DNA of 64,000 bases from IMG/VR virus record IMGVR_UViG_3300013936_000015, positions 72,533 through 136,532 of that record. The stretch is one strand, 5' to 3'. A program made the position numbers and the translations under genes. Below are positions 49,174-58,869 of this stretch, in pieces. Under the pieces are notes generated by a model that was given only the letters and a program-made list of their open reading frames with translations, made no database searches and was not told where the DNA came from. Origin of the DNA: a virus. Lineage: Duplodnaviria; Caudoviricetes. The number at the start of each line of letters is the position of its first letter. Position 1 is the stretch's first letter.

Positions 49174-49612
49174 AATCAAATCATTTTTATAAAACTAATA
49201 TAATAATAACATTATAATTTATACCATTAAAAAATGTTAAAAAACAAAATATTACTAGTTTATAAAAAAATGAGAATCTCTTCATAATCCTATACATAAG
49301 TGCTTGAAAATCAGACATTTAAAAAATGAACCCTGAGGTCATAAAAAAAATGAGCTGACCAATACTACTCCCTTATATCTACTACACCTCTAAGATGAAT
49401 TTTTCCCTAATGAAAAAATTCTGAAAAGAAAAATGTAAAAATCTTATCTAAAAATCTAAAACTAAAAATAAAAATGTAGGGGAAAATTATACATATTTAC
49501 AACCGTAAATATAAAATGATGGAAAATAATAATGTAAGGATATAGCTATCCCTAGCCGATTCTTAACATCTTAAAAAATCAGCCTAACAATAAAAAAATA
49601 AAATAAAAAAAA

Positions 49613-50416
49613 TTAAAGAGGAATGCCGTAACCCTCACGGAAAGATTCAATAACCTCCGCTCCAGTAATACCTGACCCCTTATATAACTCGCCTAATAGT
49701 AACATAGTAGCATTCTCATTCTCTTCAGCAGAATAACGCTTACATAAAACAGAACGAGCCTCCGATAAATCTATATGGCCACTCTCGTCAGTAGCCTTAT
49801 AAATCTTATATAAAGCCGCATCGTCTATACAATACTCAACTAAATCGTAAGTTAACTGATATTCACGATATGCAGAATGACGAGACTTGCGAAAAATACC
49901 ATTCTCAACTAAACAATAATAACCATCCTTACACCTAATCAAACCATTACGGATAGCACACTTCAATAAAGCAATAATGTAAGGACGACAAATGTTTAAC
50001 CTAGAACATAACTCACTAATCGTCCAATAACAACGATTAGTGCTGTTAACACAACAAGCCTTAAATAAAACTAAAAAACTTATTAACCTCGTATCTAAAC
50101 CACTATTCAATAATCTACCTAAATCTACCTCATCATAATGAGTAGTATCAATCTTGTAAGAATTTACCCTAAAGTAACCCTTGGGACCTTTAACACCACG
50201 ATACTCCTTTGTAACTAAACCTAACTCTATAAAACGCTTAATGTGACGCTTAACAGTAGAAGTACTCCGGCCATTAGATAACGTAGACTGACGAACATGA
50301 CTGATGTCAGTGCGAAAATCTGAGTGCTTGCGCAATTTTAAAAATGTATAAACCTCAGATAACTTCAATTCCTTAATGCGCTCGGGAATCTTGAAAATTT
50401 GATTACATTTTTTCAT
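49613..50416 (-). CDS. Tandem winged-HTH, replication-initiator-like protein
   Basis: Two HTH-like segments (RQSTLS...STSTVKRHIKRFIELGLV; TISELCSRLNICRPYIIALLKCAIRNGLI). Confidence 0.55.
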   Translation of the reverse strand: MKKCNQIFKIPERIKELKLSEVYTFLKLRKHSDFRTDISHVRQSTLSNGRSTSTVKRHIKRFIELGLVTKEYRGVKGPKGYFRVNSYKIDTTHYDEVDLGRLLNSGLDTRLISFLVLFKACCVNSTNRCYWTISELCSRLNICRPYIIALLKCAIRNGLIRCKDGYYCLVENGIFRKSRHSAYREYQLTYDLVEYCIDDAALYKIYKATDESGHIDLSEARSVLCKRYSAEENENATMLLLGELYKGSGITGAEVIESFREGYGIPL

Positions 50417-50867
50417 CTTTAAAAATTATTTGTTAATAATAATAATATATATATAAACGTACACACCATATCAAAAAAAAAAATATAAATTGAAAAAAAA
50501 ATTTATATGAAAAAATAATTAAAAAAGAAATGAGAAAAAATGAAAAAATAATGTGAAAGAAAAGAGAGAGTAGTGAAAGAGAGAAAGTTATGAGGGAGAG
50601 AGTAGAGAGAGTTGTAAGGGAGAGAGTAGTGGGGGAGAGAGTAGACAACCCTAGTCAAGCCCCCCGTCCTTCGTTATGGAAAACCGTTTCGCTATCGCTT
50701 CACGTTTTTCCATCCCTCAGTCATGGGGGGGGGATAGTAGAAAATTTGTCTTCAGCAGCAATTGCGTTAATGCTTCTGCACCGCAAAGCGGTGCGCATCA
50801 TTGCGCAATACTCGCTGCACGGGCAAGCGTCCGTCCCGATTTGTCGGACGCACAACACAATTTATTA

Positions 50868-51286
50868 TGGCAATTATGAAGCTGGGGGCTTCCACCCCCA
50901 AAGTCCCTAATGGGACTTACAAACTCCTCGGCGTAGAAGCCGAGGAAAAAGAGGGGAGGAAATACCCCTCTATATCGTTCTCCCTCGAGGGGCTCGAGGG
51001 AGAGAACAAGGGCAAGAAATACCTCTTGCCCTTGGGATTCTCCTCACGCAAATGGGGCGTGCGTAAGAACAATCGGGAATTTGAATGGATTCCCGATGAG
51101 CAGTGGGTCTCCCTCATCAGGGAGACCCCTGAAACGAATGAGTTTACCGCTAAATGGGGCGGTAAACTTCAAATCTCCCTTCGGGGAGAATTTTTCGGTG
51201 CCATCATAAAGAGTGATGGCACTTTCTTCGGTGGCACGCTTTATAGCGTGACCCCGAAACTGCCAAAACGGGCAGCTAAAAAATAG
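50868..51286 (+). CDS. GC-rich early hypothetical protein (ends in TAG stop)
   Basis: MAIMKLGASTPKVPNGTYKL...; followed by a hairpin and T tract. Confidence 0.55.
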
Positions 51287-51454
51287 CTGCCCATTCAATC
51301 CCCATCCTCTATTTGCTGGCATTCTTTGCCAGCATTTAGGGGGTGGGGTTTTTGATTTTCTCTTACTGGAGAAAATCACCTTTCATGCTTGCTTTTCTTG
51401 CAAGCGTTCTCTTACTTCATTTTGGGGGAGTGGGATGGATTGGGAATGATTTTG

Positions 51455-51519
51455 TCAACCCCAGTCACCGACCTATTTTATCAACCCCAGTCACCACATA
51501 GTTTTCTCAACCCCAGTCA
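51455..51519 (+). repeat. Three 13-bp direct repeats TCAACCCCAGTCA at 26-bp period
   Basis: Copies at 51455, 51481 and 51507; variant ACAACCCTAGTCA at 50645. Confidence 0.85.
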
Positions 51520-51603
51520 ATGTGCGTATTAGGGAGTATTCCCTTAGCGGCAGGTTGCTGTGGTGTATAAGGTATTGAGTGCACAATTAAAAAAAATAGG
51601 GAT

Positions 51604-51900
51604 ATGACAAAGACCATGTCCCTGTCCAAGGGTATGCGTCGACAGTTGTTCGACGTAGCTTTGGACAGGGCTGAGGTTGCATGCCCCGATGTGGCAAAGG
51701 AGATGTGGTACTTTCGTGGTGCCCATACTCCCGGAAGCCTCTTCAGTGACGTACAGCAGTATGTCGATGAAGAGTGCTACATCGGAGAGGATGTAACCTC
51801 ATATGGCAACTCTCTCTTTGGAAAGGGAGAGGAGTTCGCATATCTTCTTTCGGATGTGTACCGTGAGTACGGATTCGGAAGATATGTGGACTTCAAGTAG
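51604..51900 (+). CDS. Early hypothetical protein (TAG stop)
   Basis: Intact ORF with A-rich leader. Confidence 0.6.
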   Translation: MTKTMSLSKGMRRQLFDVALDRAEVACPDVAKEMWYFRGAHTPGSLFSDVQQYVDEECYIGEDVTSYGNSLFGKGEEFAYLLSDVYREYGFGRYVDFK

Positions 51901-51999
51901 CCGGAGTTTTCGCACGCTTTTTCTTGGCAACAGAAAAAAGCGTGCATTAGATGTTAAACCGGGAGTAGTATAGTGCTACTCCCATAAAATTAATCAAAA

Positions 52000-52485
52000 A
52001 TGATTGATCTTCAAAAAGAAGAAGCCCAACTGGTAGCACAGGGTGGGCATGTAGGCAGCACCTTTAGTGGTGCTGCAAACGTAGAGCCTGTAGAGGCTCT
52101 CCAGAAGGGTGACAAGTTCACCCTTCCTAATGTTGAAGACTTTAAGGTCTTCAACCAACCAGTTACTGGAACTACCCAGATGTATCAATACCTCTGGGTG
52201 GAAATAACTGACTCCAAGGGAAAAATTTCCCGAAAGCAGATTTCGGGAAATACCTTTGGCAGAAAGGTCCGCCTCTATGATGAGGTGGGCAATCAAACCA
52301 CGGACACTGATGAGTGCCGTGGTACTGCTTCCGATGAGTATCGGAAGCACCCAACTAAGCAAGAGGCAATGGCCTCTTTAGCTGGGAAGAGTTTCATTGT
52401 AAAGGACGCATGGCAGGCCAAAACGCGTTCTTACAACGAACAACCATACCGTGAGGTATGGCTCTATGACATTGATATTGCTTAA
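52000..52485 (+). CDS. Early hypothetical protein, possibly OB-fold
   Basis: Intact 161-aa ORF with A-rich leader and downstream hairpin. Confidence 0.6.
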   Translation: MIDLQKEEAQLVAQGGHVGSTFSGAANVEPVEALQKGDKFTLPNVEDFKVFNQPVTGTTQMYQYLWVEITDSKGKISRKQISGNTFGRKVRLYDEVGNQTTDTDECRGTASDEYRKHPTKQEAMASLAGKSFIVKDAWQAKTRSYNEQPYREVWLYDIDIA

Positions 52486-52513
52486 TCAATGACAGGGGGT
52501 GAGAATCCCCCAT

Positions 52514-52559
52514 TCTCCTTACTGGTGTATTGATATAGGTTCGATTCCTATAAGGAGAA
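52514..52559 (+). ncRNA. Anticodon-less tRNA-like element 1
   Basis: TCTCCTT/AAGGAGA acceptor, 14-nt linker with TGG, ATAGG-TTCGATT-CCTAT T arm. Confidence 0.7.
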
Positions 52560-52636
52560 CTTCATTTTTCGTTTTTTATATCGTAGTTGTCGTGAGATAA
52601 TTACGATACCTCTTTCCCCACAGCGGTGGGGTTTTT

Positions 52637-52680
52637 GGGCTTTATGGTACATAGACATAGTTCGATTCTATGTAAGCCCT
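52637..52680 (+). ncRNA. Anticodon-less tRNA-like element 2
   Basis: GGGCTT/AAGCCC acceptor, linker ATGGT, CATAG-TTCGATT-CTATG T arm. Confidence 0.7.
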
Positions 52681-52709
52681 CTAAGTATTAACAATTAAAA
52701 ACAAACACT

Positions 52710-52943
52710 ATGAAAGAAATGATAATTATGCTTAGTGGAGATAAAAAAATTTATCTTACCGAAATACATTCCAAATTTTCATTTGGGATGTATAAAGATA
52801 CAAAATTTGCGATCACCAACAAACTTTTGAACAAGTTGTTGAAGATGAACGCTGCTGAAAGAAATACCCTTCCTTTCCGATTGGAAAAAGATGAAAACCA
52901 GCCATATCTATGGCTGGAAGCACAGATATTTTCCCGTTTCTAA
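52710..52943 (+). CDS. Early hypothetical protein
   Basis: Intact ORF after the ATTAACAATTAAAA leader. Confidence 0.55.
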   Translation: MKEMIIMLSGDKKIYLTEIHSKFSFGMYKDTKFAITNKLLNKLLKMNAAERNTLPFRLEKDENQPYLWLEAQIFSRF

Positions 52944-53069
52944 AATGGGAAGATATATAGCAAAAATAGACGGGGAACTATTCCCCGTCTTTTCTCACTT
53001 TGGTGAAAGTCTGTATGACTTTTACCAAAGAATTAATAAAAATAAAAAAATAAAAATAGGATTAAAACA

Positions 53070-53252
53070 ATGAAATATTTAATAAGGTTCATAAAGCGGC
53101 TGGATTTTTATTCAGCCTCTCTGCTCCTATTTGTTTTAATAGGAGCATTCCTAAGCGTGTTTGTATGGAAATGCGAATTTTTTGCCGTATGTTTTACGGC
53201 ATTGAGTGTGCTATTCCTCATAATTATCAATACAGATATATTTGGGGAATAA
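53070..53252 (+). CDS. Small two-TM membrane protein
   Basis: Two hydrophobic helices. Confidence 0.5.
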   Translation: MKYLIRFIKRLDFYSASLLLFVLIGAFLSVFVWKCEFFAVCFTALSVLFLIIINTDIFGE

Positions 53253-53290
53253 TATGAAAAGCTGTCGTGTTGTGAAATACGGCAGCTTAT

Positions 53291-53333
53291 AGGCTTCATG
53301 GTGTATAATGTGGTTCGATTCCACATAAGCCTA
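53291..53333 (+). ncRNA. Anticodon-less tRNA-like element 3
   Basis: AGGCTT/AAGCCT acceptor, linker ATGGTGTAT, TGTGG-TTCGATT-CCACA T arm. Confidence 0.7.
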
Positions 53334-53363
53334 CTGATTATTAACAATTTAAAAGCAAACATT

Positions 53364-53780
53364 ATGAGAACTGAAATGAAGAAATTAGTGATTGAAAGTC
53401 TGAAAAACAGCAAGAAGTTTGTTAACAGACTTTCTATGTACCTCAGCGATGAGGCACTGGAGGCACTTGTTTGTGGAATGCCCCAAACGGCGAGAATTAA
53501 AGATATGAAAACATATCTTGCAAAATACTCCACGAACAATCATGTAATCATAAATGCCGAAGTTGATTACGTGAACATTGCTCAGGTATGGGTGAAGGAA
53601 GAATACACGAGAATAGTGTATGTTTCCAGTGAAGAAAATAAGAAAAAAATCGAAGCTGGGGAGTACGCACTCATCAGTGGAGAGAAATCTGATGAGTATC
53701 CTATAAAGGCTACTCAAACATTTCATAGCAGTCGGTCCTTCGATCTGGATGACCCAGAAATAGAGGTCATCTATTACTAA
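53364..53780 (+). CDS. Early hypothetical protein
   Basis: Likely start MRTEMKK after an A-rich leader; terminator at 53788-53815. Confidence 0.55.
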   Translation: MRTEMKKLVIESLKNSKKFVNRLSMYLSDEALEALVCGMPQTARIKDMKTYLAKYSTNNHVIINAEVDYVNIAQVWVKEEYTRIVYVSSEENKKKIEAGEYALISGEKSDEYPIKATQTFHSSRSFDLDDPEIEVIYY

Positions 53781-53877
53781 AATAAAAGCACTCGGGAGAA
53801 ATCCCGAGTGTTTTTATTAATAATACCACTGTTTATAACAATGAAGTATTATGGACGTTGTTATGGTTTAATAGTTG

Positions 53878-53980
53878 GTTGTGGTTTGATGTAGGAACAA
53901 GACGACAAACAACTATTATATTATATATCTTATCTATATTATTAGTTGTGGTTTGATGTAGGAACAAGACGACAAACAAC
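53878..53980. CRISPR. Mini CRISPR array: two identical 36-bp repeats with one 31-bp spacer, no cas genes nearby
   Basis: GTTGTGGTTTGATGTAGGAACAAGACGACAAACAAC at 53878..53913 and 53945..53980; spacer TATTATATTATATATCTTATCTATATTATTA. Confidence 0.75.
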
Positions 53981-54074
53981 GAAAAGTATTTAAATAGTCA
54001 ATAAACTAATTATGGATGTTAACCCTAATTTTGAAAAATAATTCAGAAGTATTTTGGATTTAAATATAATATCT

Positions 54075-54374
54075 ATGAAAATAAAAAAAGGTGAAATTGT
54101 TGAAACTACTGTCAGTAGTATTCAATGTAAAATGCTGATATTATATGTATTCCCTACTCCTACCATCATAAAACTTGGTAAATCAGAAGCGGCAGTATAT
54201 AAATACATAGTCTTCACTAACTCCCAAATATGGCTTGTAAAGAAAATCATCTATAGAAAAAGAAATTCACAAAAAGAATCTCCTATATATGATGATGCAT
54301 ATAATACCATGTGGGAAAAAGAAGATACCATCTGTAATAATTGTATTCTACCAGACATATTCATAAATATGTAA
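54075..54374 (+). CDS. Hypothetical protein
   Basis: MKIKKGEIVETT... intact ORF. Confidence 0.45.
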   Translation: MKIKKGEIVETTVSSIQCKMLILYVFPTPTIIKLGKSEAAVYKYIVFTNSQIWLVKKIIYRKRNSQKESPIYDDAYNTMWEKEDTICNNCILPDIFINM

Positions 54375-55196
54375 ATTTGTATAAATTACAATCCTCTAAA
54401 ATGTGGTATATATAAAAGGTACGCGCGTACATTATATATATAGAGAAAAATAAATTAAAAAACTCTATCATGTGAAAAAGTTTTCCCAGAAAACTCAAAC
54501 ACACAAAAAAGTTTTAGGATTTCCAAAATCAAAAAACTCAAATGTGAAAAAATGTTAACACATGAGAACTACACATATGTAGGATGCATTAGAATACATT
54601 AAAGGTATACAGAGAATTTACATTATATTAAAAAATACAAGGAAAGAATGAAAAGAATATAATAAAACATACTAAAAGAAGACTGAAAAGGCCCGAAAAT
54701 GAATATAAGACCCCATTTCAAAATGTCAACTTAAAATGCAATAACAGCAAAAAATGACATTTCAAAATAAGTAAGACGATAAAAAAAGTATTCAAATAGT
54801 GAATAAAATAATAAAAATATACTAACATTGAAAAATGACGACAGCAGAAGATAACATAGAAGGGTGTAATGAGGAAAAGAGTAGTACTCTCCCCCCACAA
54901 AACCACCTAAAAATCCTCATATAGGTGTTTTTTAGGGTTAGGAAAAATCTTCCCACTTTGTCAAAAATTTTTTTTCAAAAATTCGGTAAATTTTATTTTT
55001 TTATTTTTCACTATTATGTATTTCTTTTTTTCTTTTATTTTATTTTCATTTAGTTTTCTTTTTCATTTAAAAAATCCTATTTTTTGATATTATCATTACT
55101 TATATTTTGCATTATTGCATTAGTGTATATAATTATTTATATTTAGGGTTATTTACTTGTTTTTTATTTTTTTTTTGAATTACAAAAATCAGTTAT

Positions 55197-55547
55197 ATGA
55201 AGAAATTTGATGTTCGCATTCAGATTGTTTTTTTAAACGAATTGAAGAGCAGTTTTCAGATTTTCACTAGGGATGAGTTACTGAGTGAGTTTAGGCGTGT
55301 TGGTATACCTTGTAATCAAATCTTTTGGAGTGTTTTTCGCAACTCTGGATTGATTATTGAAGTATTACCAAATACGTATAAATTCACCAATCCGGGTAAA
55401 CCGATATATTTTCGTATTTTGGATCGAATTTATCAAAAATATCGTGAAAAAATAGAAATTTACCAACATAACAGTGAATTGAAGAAGAAAGAGATTGCGT
55501 GTATTAATTTTTTATTAAAGAGGGGTTATAAAATATATTTACCATGA
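55197..55547 (+). CDS. Hypothetical protein
   Basis: First gene of a tightly coupled operon. Confidence 0.6.
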   Translation: MKKFDVRIQIVFLNELKSSFQIFTRDELLSEFRRVGIPCNQIFWSVFRNSGLIIEVLPNTYKFTNPGKPIYFRILDRIYQKYREKIEIYQHNSELKKKEIACINFLLKRGYKIYLP

Positions 55548-55795
55548 GGGATTATAAGGTAGAAATTGTTAAAATTTTAGATTGGCGATTAGAGTGTATG
55601 ACTATGATAGAGGATGGGGATTCTATTATGTTTAATTCAGAGGAGGAGGAGAGAGTTGTTCTTTCTTTTTTAATGGATATGCATATTGGGTTTTTGCTTA
55701 CCAATCATAGGATTACTATTATTGAGCCATATGTTTATATTAGAGAAAATTACATAGAGAAGTTTTCTGTTGAGTACAAGATTTCAGAGAAATAG
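55544..55795 (+). CDS. Small paralogue A (TAG stop)
   Basis: Shares GDxIxFxxxE...VxSF motif with the next two genes. Confidence 0.6.
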   Translation: MRDYKVEIVKILDWRLECMTMIEDGDSIMFNSEEEERVVLSFLMDMHIGFLLTNHRITIIEPYVYIRENYIEKFSVEYKISEK

Positions 55796-55800
55796 GTTAT

Positions 55801-56049
55801 ATGAGGTATTTTGTAAAAGTTGTTAAAAGGTATGACAAGTTGTACCTTCCTAATGTAGCTGTTCATGGCGATCACATTATTTTTGATAACATGAAAATAT
55901 CGGAGTGTGTTTATTCTTTTTTTAAGGACAGAGGTTTTGATGTCAGTATGATAAGGAATGCATTGTTATTAGACGATTGTATGTCTTTGCATATTGGTGT
56001 TGATAGTTATATTGAATTTCCAACAAACATTTATAAGATAGTAAAATGA
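55801..56049 (+). CDS. Small paralogue B
   Basis: MRYFVK...GDHIIFDN...VYSFF. Confidence 0.6.
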   Translation: MRYFVKVVKRYDKLYLPNVAVHGDHIIFDNMKISECVYSFFKDRGFDVSMIRNALLLDDCMSLHIGVDSYIEFPTNIYKIVK

Positions 56050-56294
56050 ATTATTTTATCAAGGCTACTCCTAATAAGGATCAGTTATATTTGACGAATG
56101 ATATTACTCCTAAGGGTGATCGTGTTTTATTTGGGAATACAGAGGAGGCAGATGTTGTTTTTTCTTTTCTTGCATCTCGTGATTTGGATGTAAAGAGGGA
56201 TGGTAATTTACTCATTCTTGGCAATTCTTTGAAATTGAAAGAGGGGGAAAATTGGTATATTGAGTTTTATGTATATGAATATGAAATAATTTAG
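56046..56294 (+). CDS. Small paralogue C (TAG stop)
   Basis: MNYFIK...GDRVLFGN...VFSFL; hairpin at 56300-56321. Confidence 0.6.
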   Translation: MNYFIKATPNKDQLYLTNDITPKGDRVLFGNTEEADVVFSFLASRDLDVKRDGNLLILGNSLKLKEGENWYIEFYVYEYEII

Positions 56295-56468
56295 AAGACG
56301 GAAGGGGTTACGTCCCCTTCCTCATTATATGATAATAACTGTTTTAGGTAGGTTTATTAATGATACCACTTTCAAATTTGGTGACAGAAGTATTTTGTTT
56401 CCGAGGGGTAGTTATAGATTAAAGAAGTGGTATTTTGCAAATATAAAGAATGGTAAGATATTAAGCAT

Positions 56469-56681
56469 ATGTGGTTAGTTAGAGCAAAGGTAAAGAATGA
56501 GAAGTATTATTATTTCAATGTATGTCTTCTCAATGATGTAGATGATTTATCCAAATTAGTTTCATATTTAGATGATGAGTATGGGATTAACAATTTGCGA
56601 GAGGATAAGAGGTCTTCTGACAAGATAATATTGAAGAATGACAGAGATGTAATTACTATTTCTAAAATTGAAATTTTATGA
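56469..56681 (+). CDS. Hypothetical protein
   Basis: Intact ORF coupled to the OmpA-like gene. Confidence 0.5.
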   Translation: MWLVRAKVKNEKYYYFNVCLLNDVDDLSKLVSYLDDEYGINNLREDKRSSDKIILKNDRDVITISKIEIL

Positions 56682-57586
56682 AGAAGTTTTTATTGTTAGT
56701 TTTTAGTGTATTTAGTTTAGGTGTTAATGCTCAAGTAGTTTACGAGCAACCGAAGTTTTTTGACAATGTAAGTGTGGGTGTATTTAGTGGTGTTGGTACT
56801 TCTTTATCATTTACCAAAGTATTTCCATTGAATACCAGTGTAGGTGTCCGTCTTTCCAAGGACATTACTCCCAAATTTGGGATGAGTGCAGAGGGTGCAT
56901 ATACATGGAATGAATCTAATCTTGCAAGTTTTCGATTGAATAGTCATTATAATCTTATTAAGGCAGGCAAGTTTATTTTGTCTCCTGAGGTTGGTGCTGG
57001 TTTGGATTGGGATCTTCATGGTGGTGTAGATCCTGCAGTTAAGACTGGTCTTTTGTTTACTTATGACAATCCTCTTTCCTTTTATATCAATCCCACAATT
57101 AATTGGCGAGTAAATGATATGAAGTTTAATAAGAATTGTTCTAATTTAGGAGTGTATATAGGCATTCAATATAGATTTGGCAAATTCAAGTCTCACAATT
57201 TGGATGATTATAAATCTCTTAATGAGCAACAGAATGATGAGATTAATAAACTCAGAAAGGAATTAGACAAGAAGTCTAAAGAGAGGATTATTATTAAGAA
57301 TGAGACTATTTCATCTGATCGTGTTGTGTTCTTCTCTCAAAACAGTTCAGATCTTTCTGATGCAAGTAAGAGGACTCTTGATCTCATTCCATGGGGAAGT
57401 AATGTAATTTTGGAAGGTTATGCATCTCCAGAGGGAAGTAAATCTTACAATAAAGAACTTTCAGAAAAGAGATGTTCAGTTGTGGAAAAATATTTGAAAA
57501 ATAGAAAAGTGAATGTTGGTAAATCAACTGGATTTGGTTGTGTAGATGAAACATCGAATCGTGTTGTAATTATTAAAGTAAATTAA
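56678..57586 (+). CDS. OmpA-family outer membrane protein (signal peptide, beta-barrel, OmpA C domain)
   Basis: MKKFLLL...VNA|Q signal; barrel ending GIQYRF; VFFSQNSS...EGYASPEG...NKELSEKR...NRVV. Confidence 0.85.
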   Translation: MKKFLLLVFSVFSLGVNAQVVYEQPKFFDNVSVGVFSGVGTSLSFTKVFPLNTSVGVRLSKDITPKFGMSAEGAYTWNESNLASFRLNSHYNLIKAGKFILSPEVGAGLDWDLHGGVDPAVKTGLLFTYDNPLSFYINPTINWRVNDMKFNKNCSNLGVYIGIQYRFGKFKSHNLDDYKSLNEQQNDEINKLRKELDKKSKERIIIKNETISSDRVVFFSQNSSDLSDASKRTLDLIPWGSNVILEGYASPEGSKSYNKELSEKRCSVVEKYLKNRKVNVGKSTGFGCVDETSNRVVIIKVN

Positions 57587-57619
57587 CATTTATGAGGGGG
57601 AAGAAATTCCCTCTCATTT

Positions 57620-57668
57620 TCCTTGTTTTTTTTGGCAAGTATTTTGGGTTCGATTCCCAATCAAGGAG
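57620..57668 (+). ncRNA. Anticodon-less tRNA-like element 4
   Basis: TCCTTG/CAAGGA acceptor, linker with TGG, TTGGG-TTCGATT-CCCAA T arm. Confidence 0.6.
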
Positions 57669-57693
57669 CTTATTTTTTTTTAATTTAGAAGTT

Positions 57694-58320
57694 ATGAATA
57701 ATTTTTATAATCCAGATGGAATTTATGTATCTCTTCCCAACTACCAAGTAGATACAGAGGTGGCTGGTAATTAGCCTTTTGGCCACGGGTTTGTGATTGC
57801 TGTTAATGAGGACACAGGCAGTACTCGTGGATCTGAGTATGGGAGATATGGAGGTAGAAAGGGTTCAGCACATAGAGTTGTTGTTCCAGATTTTAAGATG
57901 AAAAAACCGGGAGATCCTACACCTGAAGAATTGCAGTAGTATAGCAAGGTGCTGTTACATTCTTATAAAAGGCTTCATCCTAATGCAGGTAATAAGATTA
58001 AGATTACTTATGTAAGGGGTGCTGATGAGAATAAGATGATTTAGATGATGAAGAGTGCAGAAAGTGGTAATAGAAAGAAGGGATTCTATATTAATAAGGA
58101 TTATCGTATTCTTGATCATAATTGTGGTACTTATGGTGCGGATATGATTGATAAATCTCTTCCTTGGCTTGACCGTGGAAAATTTGGTATATATACTTTT
58201 GGTAGACCGGGTAATTTACATCCACTGTTTGACAGATATACTCAATCATATACTGACGATTCAAAAGGCAATAGTATTAACTGGAAAGGTTTATGGAAAG
58301 GATTTAAGAGTTTATTTTAA
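57694..58320 (+). CDS. Papain-like (GH...NC) hypothetical protein, 208 aa with three in-frame TAG
   Basis: Track ORFs 57592..57774 and 58045..58320 are in frame; PFGHGFV...SEYGRY...YRILDHNCGTY. Confidence 0.55.
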
Positions 58321-58869
58321 ATGAAGAAGATATTATGTATTTTATTAGGGTGTCTTTTATTTGCTTATTGTATAAATGAGTATGAGCAGAGACACCCTAT
58401 TGTTTACAAGATAGATTTTAAGGAAGGGGATATTCTATTTCAAGAATCTCATTCCAAGCAGTCTCCATTTATTCAACATGCCACAGGATCTAAATGGACA
58501 CATTGTGGTATTGTAGTATATAAGAATAATCAGCCTTATGTATTAGAGGCATCTAATGTAGTAAAACTTATTCCATTAGGTAAATGGTTAGATAGGGGTG
58601 ATTATAAACAAAGAAGGGTTTTATCTAATTGTCCAAAAATAAAATACAAGAAATATTTAGGAAAACCCTATGATACATCTTTCAGATTAGATAATGATAA
58701 GTATTATTGTTCTGAATTAGTGTATGATATTTATAAAAACCAATTAGGAGTTGAATTTAAACTAAGAAGAGTAAAAGACTATAATATAAATGGGTTAGAA
58801 TCTATTTTAAAAAATAGAAACATTCATTTAAATCAAGAAGTAATAGCACCAAGTGATTTATTAAAATAA
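58321..58869 (+). CDS. YiiX/YebB-like permuted papain (NlpC/P60) amidase
   Basis: EGDILFQ, THCGIV, LGKPYD, YYCSELV; N-terminal hydrophobic anchor. Confidence 0.85.
   Translation: MKKILCILLGCLLFAYCINEYEQRHPIVYKIDFKEGDILFQESHSKQSPFIQHATGSKWTHCGIVVYKNNQPYVLEASNVVKLIPLGKWLDRGDYKQRRVLSNCPKIKYKKYLGKPYDTSFRLDNDKYYCSELVYDIYKNQLGVEFKLRRVKDYNINGLESILKNRNIHLNQEVIAPSDLLK

Noticed and set aside
50433-50910. ORFs 50433..50648 and 50590..50910
   Set aside because: Translations of a low-complexity GA/A tract.
51455-51519. CRISPR array from the 13-bp repeats
   Set aside because: Repeats and 13-bp gaps are far too short; treated as iteron/operator-like.
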